A stretch of DNA of 64,000 nt from Takakia lepidozioides (lineage: Eukaryota; Plantae; Bryophyta): NCBI GenBank assembly GCA_030704615.1, contig CM060731.1, forward strand, positions 1,736,001-1,800,000, written 5' to 3'. Shown here piece after piece: positions 33,816 through 45,636 of the stretch (the stretch's first letter is position 1; each line of letters starts with the position of its first letter). Position numbers and translations under genes: made by a program. The notes below the pieces were generated by a model. The model saw only the letters and a program-made list of their open reading frames with translations. It searched no databases and was not told the DNA's origin.

Positions 33816-36811
33816 GTTAGATCTATCGGGATTGAACGAAAAAGCAATGCACCACAGGAGTGGGAGACCATTGTAGTATGCTATCATGCTAGCAGAAGCC
33901 CGTGGAGAGGGTCCACGGCAGACCTTGTGATGGTTAGTTCCAAATGTAGCATCGCAAGCTACGATGCGCGCATGGCCCAAGTCCAATATCTTCTGCCGCT
34001 GCAAAGGAGTCTGAATCCCAATGGTGAAGGTCAAATCTCCATCAAAATGTTGAAATGTGGGTATCAATGATTCTTCCTGGTAGAAGAAGACCGAGTCCGG
34101 GTTTTGATCTTTCCACATACGGACGGATTGTGCGTCATCAGCGTGTTTTTTGAAGGTCTGCCAGGCTCGTTTTTCAGCAAGATTTCGGACATCTTGCTCA
34201 AGGAGAAAGTCGTCGCGTGTCCATGCGTCTCCCAAGCCACTGTCCTTGAGTTCAATCATGACTTGCGCGACACTCAAGCCTCGAGACAAGCATTCCATGA
34301 TCCACTTTTTCAACTCCTCGCTAATATGTGGAGCATAAGCATATCGACTGAACTGGAACTCAGCATATCCGCCATGAGAGGGTTTTCCGGACACATCCAG
34401 GTGTTGCATGTTGTTATAATATGTGATGACCCCAATGTCTGGACAAGATAACCTTGCGAGACTTTGAAACAACAGAGACACCCACGTTTGTAAGACTCGC
34501 CGTATTGGCTTTTCTTTCGTCTTGGACCTTTGTGAGGATTACTGCTTCCAACCCTGACGTCCGGACCTCCTCGCTTGACTTTAGGATCCGTGACAGTCAA
34601 ATTGTTGGTGCGCTTGTCATTTGGACCATAGCAACACTGATACCTGGATAGGGTTATATTGGAGTATGTCATTGACACCCATGGCAAGCACAAGCACAGG
34701 AACAAAGAGGCAGTGCGGGAATATGGTGCAGACATGACAAAGGTTAGACATGTGTTAGCTCTTGGAGCTCTTCGCGGTCCGGGCTTTGCGTTAACATGCA
34801 CATTTATGTAAAATTGGGTGGAACACCCGTCTCTACTCTCCTCTCCAAGTACAAAGTCGGGCACTCTCTCCCAGGGAATACAGGCCGTGCAGACCCGCAC
34901 TTGAGAGCCCATGTATCCAGAGCGACTCTCGTTCTTCCAGTAAAGGTCTTTGCAGGAAAAAGACCCATCTTTTGGTGTTTGAAGACATTGTCGCAATGGA
35001 CGTATAAGAAAGCTTTCTGGTTGGGCATCGACGGCCGCTGCCACATACACTGTAGTACCCCTTCGCGCACTCGAAAGCACCTGCAATACGACCTGCAAAG
35101 GTGGAAGCGAAGGACGACAACACACACGTTCTTGGCAGGAGGGAAGCGCGTTGGCAGGAACAGACCAAAGGGAGGAAAAGATCGATGAAACAGTCTTCGC
35201 CCACGATTGGCGGCCATTGCCATGCCCTATCTGGGCGGCTATGATAGTAGCGCGACATCATGGTGAGACGGGCGCCACATCATCTGGGGTGCGTTTGGGT
35301 CTGCCGGATCGGGCTGCTTGGCGGCAGACCCAGCAGACCCAACAGCGGGCAGACTGAGCTTGGGCAGACCCCAGCCCGGGCAGACCCACTGGGGACCGAT
35401 GGTGGGCGGGCGGGCTGGGCGGTGTACGGGCTGGGCCGCGGGCGGCTGCGGGGCTGCCGACCGCCATGCGCGGCTGGGAGGGGGGTGGGCGGGTGACCCC
35501 CGCGTCCGTGCGGCCGTGCGCGCCCTGTCCCACACGCGACATAAACTCCCAATTATTAAAAAATGAGAGGCGTGAACATATGATAGAAAAACCCCAAAAC
35601 CTGGGAAATAACAAGGGAGGGAGGACAGGAAGCAAGCTAAACTAAACTATTCAAACTTATCAATCATCCCAACCTACTGCCTGAAATAGGTCAGAGGGCA
35701 ACATGGGTGTAACGTCCGGGAGAGTTGGGAGGTGGGATGAAGCCGATCCAGCTACGTCCGCCCGATGTAAAACGGCCGTTAACGTTGTACTTCTGACCAC
35801 TAGGTTTTGAATCGATCCATGCAAATTATTTTGAGTTCCCAGGTATTCAAAGTTCGAATTTCCTGGAGCAGGGTGCAAATCTTTGGGGATTCGGGCGCGC
35901 CATCACACTCATCGCATGGCGTTCAGGATTCTGCGTTTAGGTCCACTCTTCAACAGCTGCTCTTGCATATGTGTTGTGAGGATTGCAGATACAGATACCT
36001 GCTCTTCCTTAGCTTTCACATGAAGTAGACATGAAGTAGGTGGAGGTCGTCAAGCCCTGTGTAGTGATGCCGGGCTCAGCATGCCTTGGTGCTCTATGGG
36101 ATCTACAGAGCACTCTTGTTCTGGTGTATGTGTAGGGTTTGTCCTCTGGTTGTGTTTGTGTGCTTTGTGAATATTGCTATTGCGATCACTACAAAGGAGT
36201 GGGTGAGATAACACTATGAAACACACGTGTCATCCCGTGTCACTTCTCTGATTCCTTCTCTGCTTTCTATGTCCCTTTTGCAGTTGAATGTGGGATGACA
36301 TGAACACGCTCAAGTGTTGATTGTGCGGGTTTTCAAGCTGCGAGGAGTTTGCGGGCAGATATCGATACGAAGGAAAGGTATTGGGGAAAAACAAACATGA
36401 ATTGTATTTGTCTTTCAGGTGAATTATATTTACCGACTTCCTCATTTTAATTTGAGCAATGGACGTTTTTTTGTAGGTAATTGTCCTCCTTCATTCCCAA
36501 TGCAGATTGGTGGGTGCACTATCATGTATGACATTGGAGATCCTATGATGACCCGATGCAATGTACTTTCTATCTCGTCCACCGTCCCAAAAACACACTT
36601 GGACTGTTCGGTACGCTCAATTATTTCAAGTTCAATTCAATCAAATCTGGAAAAGAAATGGCTGTTCACATGTGGACAACTTGTCGGCATGATATTAGAG
36701 GGTCTAGATTTATAAATTAAAAAGAATTGTGAATAGCTTCTTAAAAGTGCTTGTACTTACTATTTGCAACTATCATGCAGGCTGGGGTTTCAATTGTGGA
36801 ATCATACACAG

Positions 36812-39112
36812 ATGTTTGTTCAGAATCAGAGTGGCGACCTAGGGATGGCTCTTGGGATGTTTACCATCACCACTGCTTTCAACGAAGGGCCAGGTGAAAA
36901 GGAAAGGGAAGCAGGTAACAAGGTCTCTTTTCGTTTAACCGTACTTTGTAAGGAGGGACTCCTGAAGGAGGCAGTGCACATGCTGGGTATAGTCGAACAA
37001 CAAGGGGTTCAGGTATACTCCAATACTTATGCCTGTCTCTTGCAGGCATGTGCTAAGAAGAAAAACTTGGCATATGGCAAGCAGGTCCATACCCACATCA
37101 TCAAAAGTGGAATCAATGTAGACATGTAACAACCTTGTCAGCATGTATTCCAAGTGTGGGAGTGTTATGGATGCACTCCAAGTGTTTGACAAAATGCTGA
37201 AACGCAACATTGTAACGTGGAGTGCAATGATTGCAGGATTGGCTCAGCAAGGCCACTGTGCAGAAGCTTTTAAACTGTTTCGGCAAATGCATGAAGAAGA
37301 CATTAATCCAAACAAGAACATGTTCACAAGCATCCTCATTTTTTGTGCAAACCCTGCAGCTTTGGAGCAGGTGCATGCTGAAATCATCGAAGCTTGATTT
37401 GAATCAAATGTCAAATGGGGACTGCTCTCCTTAGCATGTATGTCAAGTGTGAGGATTTTGCGAATGCGCGGCAAGTGTTTGAGAATATCTGTCAGCGAAA
37501 TGTTGTCTCGTATAATGCAATGATTGGCGGTTACTCGCACTATGGTCATCATGAAGAGGCACTTCAACTCTTTTGTCAAATGCAACTGGAAGGTATAAAA
37601 CCAGACAAGATAACCTTCATGAACACCCTCAACGCATGTGCCAGCCCAACAGCCTTGAAAAAGGGGAAGTGGATGCATGCCCAAGTGATCAGAGCTAGGC
37701 TTGAGTCAGATGTCTGTGTGGGGACTGCTCTTGTCTGTATGTATACCAAGTGTGGGAGTGTTGTTAGAGCATGCCACGTGTTTGACGCTATGTCGGAACG
37801 TGATGTGTTTGCATGGAATGTGATGATTTCAGGATGTGCTCAAGAAGGGCATGGTGAAGAGGCATGTGAACTCTTTTGGCAAATGCAAAGAGAAGGGTTG
37901 AGGCCTGACAAGATTACCTTCATTGCCATCCTCAATGCATGTTCCGCTACAGTAGCTCTGGAGAAGGGCAAGCAGGTCCATGCTGACATCATGAAAGCTG
38001 GATGTGACTCAGATCTCCCCGTGTGCACCGCGCTTATTAGCATGTATGCGAAGTGTGGGAGTGTTGTGAGCGCCCGTCAAGTGTTTAACGGGATGGCTCA
38101 ACAAGATGTGGTCTCATGCAATGCACTGATTGCAGGATATGCTCAGCAAGGGCATGGTGAAGAGGCATTAAACCTATTTTGGCAGATGCAAGGAGCAGGT
38201 GTGAAGCCAAACAAGGTCACTTTGATCAGCATTCACAATGCATGTGCCAGCCTAGCAGCCCTAGAAGAGGGCGAGCAGATATCTGCCCATATTATCCAAG
38301 CTGGATTGGTGACAGATCTCTGTGTTGGAAATGCCCTTATCAGCATGTTCTCTAAATGTGGGAGCATTGGGAGTGCACGTCAAGTGTTTGAGAAAATGCC
38401 CAAACGAGATGTGTTCTCATGGACTGCAATGGTTGCAGGATATTCTCAGCATGGGTGTGCTAACGAAGCCTTCCGACTATTTGAACAGATGCAATTAGAA
38501 GGCGTGAAGCCAGACATGGTCATATTTATTGGTGTTCTCTCTGCATGTAGTCATGTGGGCCTGGTGGATGAAGGCTGTCATCTCTTGCAATCCATGAGTA
38601 ACCATTATAACATCATACCAACACAGAAGCACTATGGCTGCATGGTTGACCTTCTTGGCCGTTCAGGAAATTTGGATGAGGCAGAAGACTTAAATAACAA
38701 GATGCCTTTTGAAGCAGATGCATCTGTATGGACTGCCCTGCTGGGTGGCTGCAGAATTCATGGCAATGTGGATTTAGCAGAACGTGCAGCAGCATCTATT
38801 GTCAAACTGGAACCATTTAGCTCTGCAGTGTATGTGCTGCTGTCAAAAATCTATTCTGCGGCCGGAAGATGGTATGATGTAGCAAAGGTGAGAACAGTTA
38901 TGGAAGAAAGGGGTGTGATAAGGAGGCTGGATTGAGGTTAAAAACAGGTACATGAATTTGTCGTAGAGGACATATCACACCCAGAAAAAGAGAAAATCTA
39001 CTGCAGGTTGGAGAGTTTGACTGTACAGTTGAAAGTGGCTGGATATGTGTTTTGCATGATGTTTATCAAGAAAAAATGGAAAAGTCTCTCTGTCACCACA
39101 TCAAAAGCTGGG
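36812..39112 (+). pseudogene. PLS-class PPR RNA-editing factor pseudogene (E/E+, truncated DYW)
   Basis: P-L-S triplets (ALISMYAKCGS..ARQVF, WNVMISG, PDKITF..LNAC) and E domain HYGCMVDLLGRSG..WTALLGGCRIHGN. Stops at 37127 and 37395, PG-box deletion, then WIEV..VHEFV..SHP..GYV..LHDV..LCHH, where homology ends. Confidence 0.9.
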
Positions 39113-39739
39113 CAGTGGGTTGCAGGGGTTGCCAATCACCTCCGAGAATGGAATCTGTGGGATTATTGGTGATGGCTACTAATTCAAACAATATCTTCTA
39201 CTCTTAGGCGTGACGGTGCTCAGTGCTCTTATAGTTCTTGTCACGGAGTGTTGAACACTGTCAACCCCTAGTTCTTATTGTTCTTGGGGTGTTCTCGCAT
39301 CCACAGTATTTGGGAGCTGGGGTTTGCAGCCTCATGCATCTTATGGGTTTAATATTTCGCATTAATAAAGTTGTATAGGACATCTTATGAAAGGAAAAGA
39401 AAGCAAAGATACCAGATACCAAACTGTGAAATTTTTTGCCACATCATATCCAGTAGCTCTGTCCCATATGTTTTGGGTAAGCATTGGCCTCTTCAAGTGT
39501 AAAGAGGCCCTTAGAAACAAAGTTGCTGTATGTTCAAGAAATATGGGAACTGAAAGCTACTTTCTTTGTACTGGCAATCTCAAATAAACTCTGATCAGGT
39601 TTCATTATCTCCTGTGATCAGACTGTTGAGTGCAAACTGCCAACTCTGGCAGTACATTTTCCAATCTGGATCATTACAAGCAGATGGCAACTACTTGCAT
39701 TGGCTTTTTCCTAATGCATTGTTGGTTTGCCAAGAAAGG

Positions 39740-42700
39740 TCAGCAACTGCCCATTGCATAGGAAATAATCTGTCTTTTCAGAGGGCCCAGGAGGTGTACA
39801 GTGTTGAAACCTGCTGCACGTGCTAGATTTAAAGGTCCAAAATCTGTAGAGAAAAGCTTTTGAAATCCATCCAAGACAGCCATCATCACTACATTGGGTG
39901 CCTTCCGGTCTCCCTCATACTCCTCCAGCACTGCAACCTGCAGTATATATATGCTTTAAGCAAATGCTCTTGCAAGGTAAGTATGTCTATGAAGGAGCGA
40001 AGAGACTACCAGGCTTGCATTCTTAGGTAACTAATTCAAGATAAAAGATAGACTGCTTTAAACAAACACGGTGGGACCGTACCTCCCCAATATCACAGCC
40101 TGACTCAACACCTCGCCGCAACACTTTCACCAAGGCCGCAGCGTCTCCAAAGCCAAGGTTAACTCCCTGCCCGGCAAGTGGATGCACAGTGTGAGCTGCA
40201 TCGCCTACAAGAGCAACACGGTTGCCCACATACTTGGTTGCATGCAAGAGTGACAACGGGAATGAGAGACGCTCAGTCACACATTCTGTGACTCGTGGGG
40301 GAACCTGGAACTGCTCCACCACAGATGGCGCAATACGCCAAGACATTGCTATCCCACTCCTGAGAAGCTCGGCAAACCTTGAGTGTGGCTGTGGGCCGTA
40401 GTCCTCCAGCAAAGCTCGGTTTGCTGCCACCACAAAGTCATCGGTGGACATAGACTTCAAATCCTGGGCAGTTTCAGGAGAAGTTGACCACACAATGTTG
40501 CTATAGGTGCCACCCATGGGGAGTAGTGCAAAAGGGCCCGAAGGCAGAAAGCGCTGCCAAGCTGCAGCATGTTCACTCTCCACCCGTACTGTACATATCA
40601 CAGCTGTCTGCCTGTACTGCCAACCTCTTGTCTGCAAGCCTGCCATTGCTCTCACTCCTGACTTCCCTCCATCGGCTCCCACCTGCACCCAGATCCCTGC
40701 TCCAAAGTCTTACAACTCTTCACTTCCACATGAGGAAACTTATTTGTGTGTCTTTAGTCTTTATCTGTATAATGTGATTGGCCACGCAACCATCACACAG
40801 CAATGCATGTTGCATCTGTTCCAGCAAAAGGACAATAAAGGCAAATGTGAGATGTGCCAGACAACAGAGTGGCCTTATGCAGTCCCCAAGCTTAGTCATG
40901 CTTACCACAAGACGTCCTCGTAGAGACCTGCCATTGTCAAGTTGAACCTGGGCCCAATGTTGTCTTCCATCTACCTCTGCCTCCTCACTTGGTTGCAAGG
41001 AAGTTGAGGTGCTGTTTTGGCTGCCTACTCGCTCCATGTCACCCATGGAAGATGTGGAGGCAGTCACAGATGATCTTTTGGGAGATGGAAAGATGACTGA
41101 CTTCACTCTTGCTGGATTAATAATCTCAGCAAACCCTGAGCACTGCATTCCCAGCCTATCAGAGCCCATTGGAACTATTTCACTATGTTTTTCATGACAA
41201 AAAAAAGTTCAAAATTTGGATAGGACAAGGCTTGGCTAGAGAAGGGCAGACCTGCAGGTGAGAGCGAAGTGCCGAAAGCAGCACTTTGTTTTCCACCACA
41301 TATCTGTACCCACCAACCAAGCATGCCACCCCTTGTTAAAGCATTGCCATATGTATTGGAGGCCCATTGGTGGCATTGAAGGAACAAGCGAATGAGGCCC
41401 ATTTGACCGTCTGTGACTTTGAGGGAGAAAAGAAAAATCAACCTCTACAAACATGAGGGCACACACCTTTAAAAGATGAAGACAACACAATGCCTGGAAC
41501 ATCTTACCCAAGCACAGGCTCACCAACATCTGCAGCCTTGTAGCGTGTATAACCCAATCCTGCATAGTCCCAAACCTGCCACATTCCACTACTCCCTCAG
41601 TCACCACCCCTCTCATGGGTGCAAGAGAGGCAACCTACTCTATAGACTTTGAAACCCACTCCCAGTCTGGAAACATCAGAGGAGTGGAGGCGAGGTGGAA
41701 GGGAGCAGAGCAGTTTGGGACCACAGCAGAAGGCTACTCCGGTATTGGGGACCTACCTGTAAAAATGAAGTTGACTGTGACCTTCCAAAATTCTCAAAAA
41801 GCTCTCTACCATAGCATCCATATTATAAATATTCACAGTGAATTTCAAACCCAAGGAGGCCAAAGCTCGAGGTTCCTGAACTGGACAAAAAGGGGTGCAG
41901 TGAAGATGTGTTTAAAGTTTTCAAAGAGGGCTTCTAGTTCACAACCCTGGCAAATGCATCAGCCAACTTCTCTCTCCCTCCCTTTTCTCTCCACAACCAT
42001 GGGCCCTTGGGTCCGCCGTGCATGTAAATAAGTTTCCTTGCCTCCAAGCATCCTGTTTGACCGAAACAGAAAAAGTGAGCAAGGGTTGGATTGGGCAGGC
42101 ACTTAAATTCCACCACCAACGATAGCCACTTGTCCCTTAATCAAACAGTGCTTAAAAAGGAAAGTATTGTTATAATGAGGCCTGTATACCTGCATGCAAT
42201 CGAACGGTGCAAGCCTGGCTGTTTGGACCCCTTCCCAGGCTCCCACTTCTGCATTGCATCCACACAGTTCTATTTTCAATTAAGGGCATTGTACAAACAG
42301 AGTGACTGATTATCCCTCCAAACCGGAAGACAAATCTCACTACTTACAAACACATCTCTTCCCTCAAAGCCTCAAGCCATCTGTGCAATCACTCACTTCA
42401 ACTATCTCATCGCAAGGAAAGGTCTAAACCATAGTTGCCAAGAAACACAATCTTGAAAAGTTGTACACACACACAGAACAGTGCCAGACATGCCCAGTTC
42501 TGTCCTGCACCATTTGCCTAAAGGTTTGACAACTCTGCAAGTTATTATATGGGAAGCTGTAGCAAAGCACAGACAAGACCGCGTGTTGCAAAACATCCTG
42601 CTGAAAGACAAAACATTATTCAAGAAAACCTGAGAGGGCAACTGAACAAAGGTGAGTTAACAAGGGGTGGACCTTGAAAAAAGCGAACAGTGGTAGGAGT

Positions 42701-43665
42701 GATAGCACTGACGCGCTGATCCGGCACTGCACATTTGGAGAGACTTGGCGCTGCCGCAGCGCTATCAATCAGAGCAACCCTCAATGCTCTTGTTAGCGGC
42801 GAGCTTGCTGAAAAGCCAGCAACAGACACAAGGGAGAGGAAGTGAAAGTGTAAGTTTCCCTCACCTCTCAATACAAGATGCCACCAGACTGTGAAACTGC
42901 CCTGTCCTCTGCTTCCAAGGGTTGGTGACAAACCCCAGACAAGGGTACATTGCAAAGATGTCTCATAAATCTCTCTGTAACTAAAATTCCCTCTCCCATT
43001 CCTGGAAGTACACAAAGTATACTACCATCTCTCAACAAAAATGATTTGAGCCAGTGGTTTGAAAAGTTAGATCATACCAAGGCCACAGCCGACGGCAGCA
43101 CCAACCATTCCACCCCCGACAATGACCACATCGTAGTCGTCTGCAGGTATTGTCTGCCTCTCGTTCATTCAAGCACAAAACAGCAGATCAATATGTACTG
43201 ATACCTGCTTGTACTTGTATGTATCTCTACACCAATGGGGTGTTAGCCACATTTCACAGTAGAGAAGGGTTGAAGGGTTCTTTTCCTGCTCTTTATTGCT
43301 GTGTCCAAACCGACGCAGGGCCTCTGACCACAAGGCTACAAGCAAGCAAGGTTCTAATGAGTAAACCTGATATCCATTCTTTTTTTTGTGCTACCTTCAT
43401 CCTCATCAGTTATTAAAATTCATGTGCAGATTGCAAAACCTTCTAGAGAAGGACACTTTTAGAAATCTGTTCCACCCATGAGAGAGTTCCATTTTATTTC
43501 AATTGTCAATTCAGAGAGATTGAGAGAGATTGTCAATTGATAAAATGAACAGGAAAAATTGCTCACCGAAAAAGCATGGGAGAATGATGCTGCACCAATA
43601 TGGAGCCTGGTATGAGAGTGGCAGGGCAGATGTGCCCTCATCAGGCTCTGCAGGGCTTGCCTCAT
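39740..43665 (-). CDS. COQ6: Ubiquinone biosynthesis FAD monooxygenase COQ6 (multi-exon)
   Basis: Exons give YDVVIVGGGMVG (43140-43078), PDQRVSAITP, VGAW..FDCMQ, VWDYAGLG, VVENKVL, VGADG..AWQRFLPSGP..VGDAAHTVHPLAGQGVNLGFGD (40683-40083) and LEEYE..GFQKLF..IISYAMG. GT-AG junctions. The 5' exon structure is less certain. Confidence 0.92.
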
Positions 43666-45489
43666 CTTCAATAGTTTGATAGCATACTTGAGCTAAATTG
43701 GTGAGGCACTAGGTCACTCCATGCACTCCTGTGGAAAATTACAAACTGTTTGACCTCACTTAAATTTCTGCATGCCTTTCCTTCTACAAAGGGCATTAAC
43801 AAACAAGTCAAAAAACTCTCATTGGTGAGATACAGGTATGCAGTTGTATAATGTCACTGTATAGTCACAGTCAATGAAAGTTACTTAATCCAACTTACAA
43901 GAAAGGGCAACCCTGCTAGACGTGTTCTTGCACGCCTTAAGCTGCTTTGCAGTCTGTTGAAAGAAAGTTCCTCCTTTCTGGTGATACACTGCTTGCCCTT
44001 CAACCAATCTGCACAATCAAGAAGTTCATTGAGACAACCCTGAACAGAAGGACCACAAAAGCAGCACACAATTTAATTATGACCTAAAAACTGACCCAAA
44101 AGAAAAGTTTGTTGCAATGGATGTTCCTCTAAGTGGATATTGCTGACTGCACCCAAAATCTTTGCAAAGACTTAGCATCAGATTCCTCCACAAAAGGCGG
44201 CTGTTGATAGGCTAGAACTAGGCATGTCTTCAAACTCACAGCCCACGACTTGGTTGATCTACCTGCTTTAGCACATTATCAGTGGGGTAGCAATTGCGCA
44301 TGGTTGTGGAAGTACTGTGCGGGTTCATCCCAGGACTCAAATCCATGAAGCAAATGGAATGCAACCATTTGGTCCGATACTATATATATGCTGGCCTTCA
44401 TGCCAACAACGGGGCTGTACAGCAAACCGGCACACCAGAGGTGATAATAGTAGACACGATTAACTTCGGCAGCTGAGCTCATCTACCCAAAAGGATCCCA
44501 CCGATTTACAGAGAAAAATGTCGTAAAATAGAATAATCCAACTCCACGCCCGTCATGCCAGGTCAAAGAAAAATCACAAGGGTAGGGAAGACCCAAGAGG
44601 AATGTGCAGTGTGGTGGTGGGGTAGGAGGACACACAACAAGTCAGGCAGACGCACAGCTGTGATCAAATGCTCGCCATCATAATGTGAGACTTCGGCGGC
44701 GAATTTTCAAGAAACAGTAGTCTCCAAAAAAGACTGATCCATTATGCTCACTTCCAAATGCCACGGATTAGTCCTTTGATTCGTCACAATGGTCTCTCTC
44801 GAAAACGATCAGGCAGTACCTCGAACATTAGGCTGCAAAATGTAGGGTTAAGATAAAAACCATAAGCTGCTCAGAGAGGGAAGTGCTGGTCGTCACAGCA
44901 ACCGACGCAACCGTTCAAGCCTGCCCTCCAGTGATTCTAGAACTTGGCAAGATGCAACACTCCACTACAAGAAAACCCACGTTCATATGAAGGAAGCGTA
45001 GAAGACAGGAGAGATTCTGGAGGCAATGCTCAACAGTTCACCCAGCAAGTTCTCGCTGGTCCACGCTACACTTACATCCACCCATCGCTCAAGTTCATCT
45101 CAAGTAAGCTACTCAAGGAACAAAATTCCTCTTCCATGGTCATGGTTTCATCCATTTCTTATTCATAAGTTATTATGAAATCAAAGAACTGTTATTTGGG
45201 GAAGGTACAACGGGATCAAACTGGTTTTGATGGCACTGACGCGTACCTAGTCTCGTCCTGCAAGAAGGAGCCAACAGAATTAAGAGATGACAGAGTACCA
45301 CGAGTCTGGTCTGTTGTAGCTACCCGTGGTGGTTGTTGCAGCCTCAGAATCGCCAGCATTTTTCTAGCTTTGTTCCAGGGGGAAGTGTCGCTTTTGAATG
45401 GTTGCAAGTAAACGAGAAGAGACACTTAGTGATTGTGTGAGCGGGAGTAGTTGCAGAGCTGTCCGAGATACATCTGAAACCTCGTAGCA

Positions 45490-45493
<4 letters not shown>

Positions 45494-45525
<32 letters not shown>
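45494..45525 (+). repeat. (GA)n microsatellite upstream of the BAHD gene
   Basis: About 16 GA units followed by a G-run. Confidence 0.95.
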
Positions 45526-45528
<3 letters not shown>

Positions 45529-45636
45529 GGGAGGAGGGGGGGGGGGTCCCATTGTATCCAGCGCAGTTCAAAAGCTGCACCCACATCGATCACTCTGGGC
45601 CACACGACCCACACGCGCAACTCGCACTAACCCATT

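Larger units (their letters stand above)
31855..35125 (-). pseudogene. MULE transposase with SWIM zinc finger
   Basis: IPWERVPDFV.GEE, YQCCYGP, KRGCLCCF, DDAQSVRMW, IGIQT, ACDATFGTN, FPLYTLMVFD..GIPVAY, FIV(N)DAEAEINAI, LCLW(P)VRKAW, TNASIETYH, CTC..GNLCKHQ. Introns near 33920-33592 and 33390-33109. Frameshifts and catalytic substitutions. Confidence 0.9.
28660..35530 (-). mobile_element. Mutator-like element (MULE) with GC-rich terminus and a convergent decayed second ORF region
   Basis: GC-rich end 35290-35530 finishing ccctgtccc (minus strand GGGACAGGG), transposase inside, and the CAGACC/GGTCTG motif throughout. The other terminus was not found. Confidence 0.7.

Noticed and set aside
41630-41757. 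Possible poison or alternative exon in a COQ6 intron
   Set aside because: Splice-like sites are present, but the flanking exons join in frame without it and no transcript evidence is available.
44963-44975. Exact En/Spm terminal sequence CACTACAAGAAAA between COQ6 and BAHD
   Set aside because: No partner TIR, subterminal repeats or transposase nearby. It cannot be distinguished from chance or an isolated relic.
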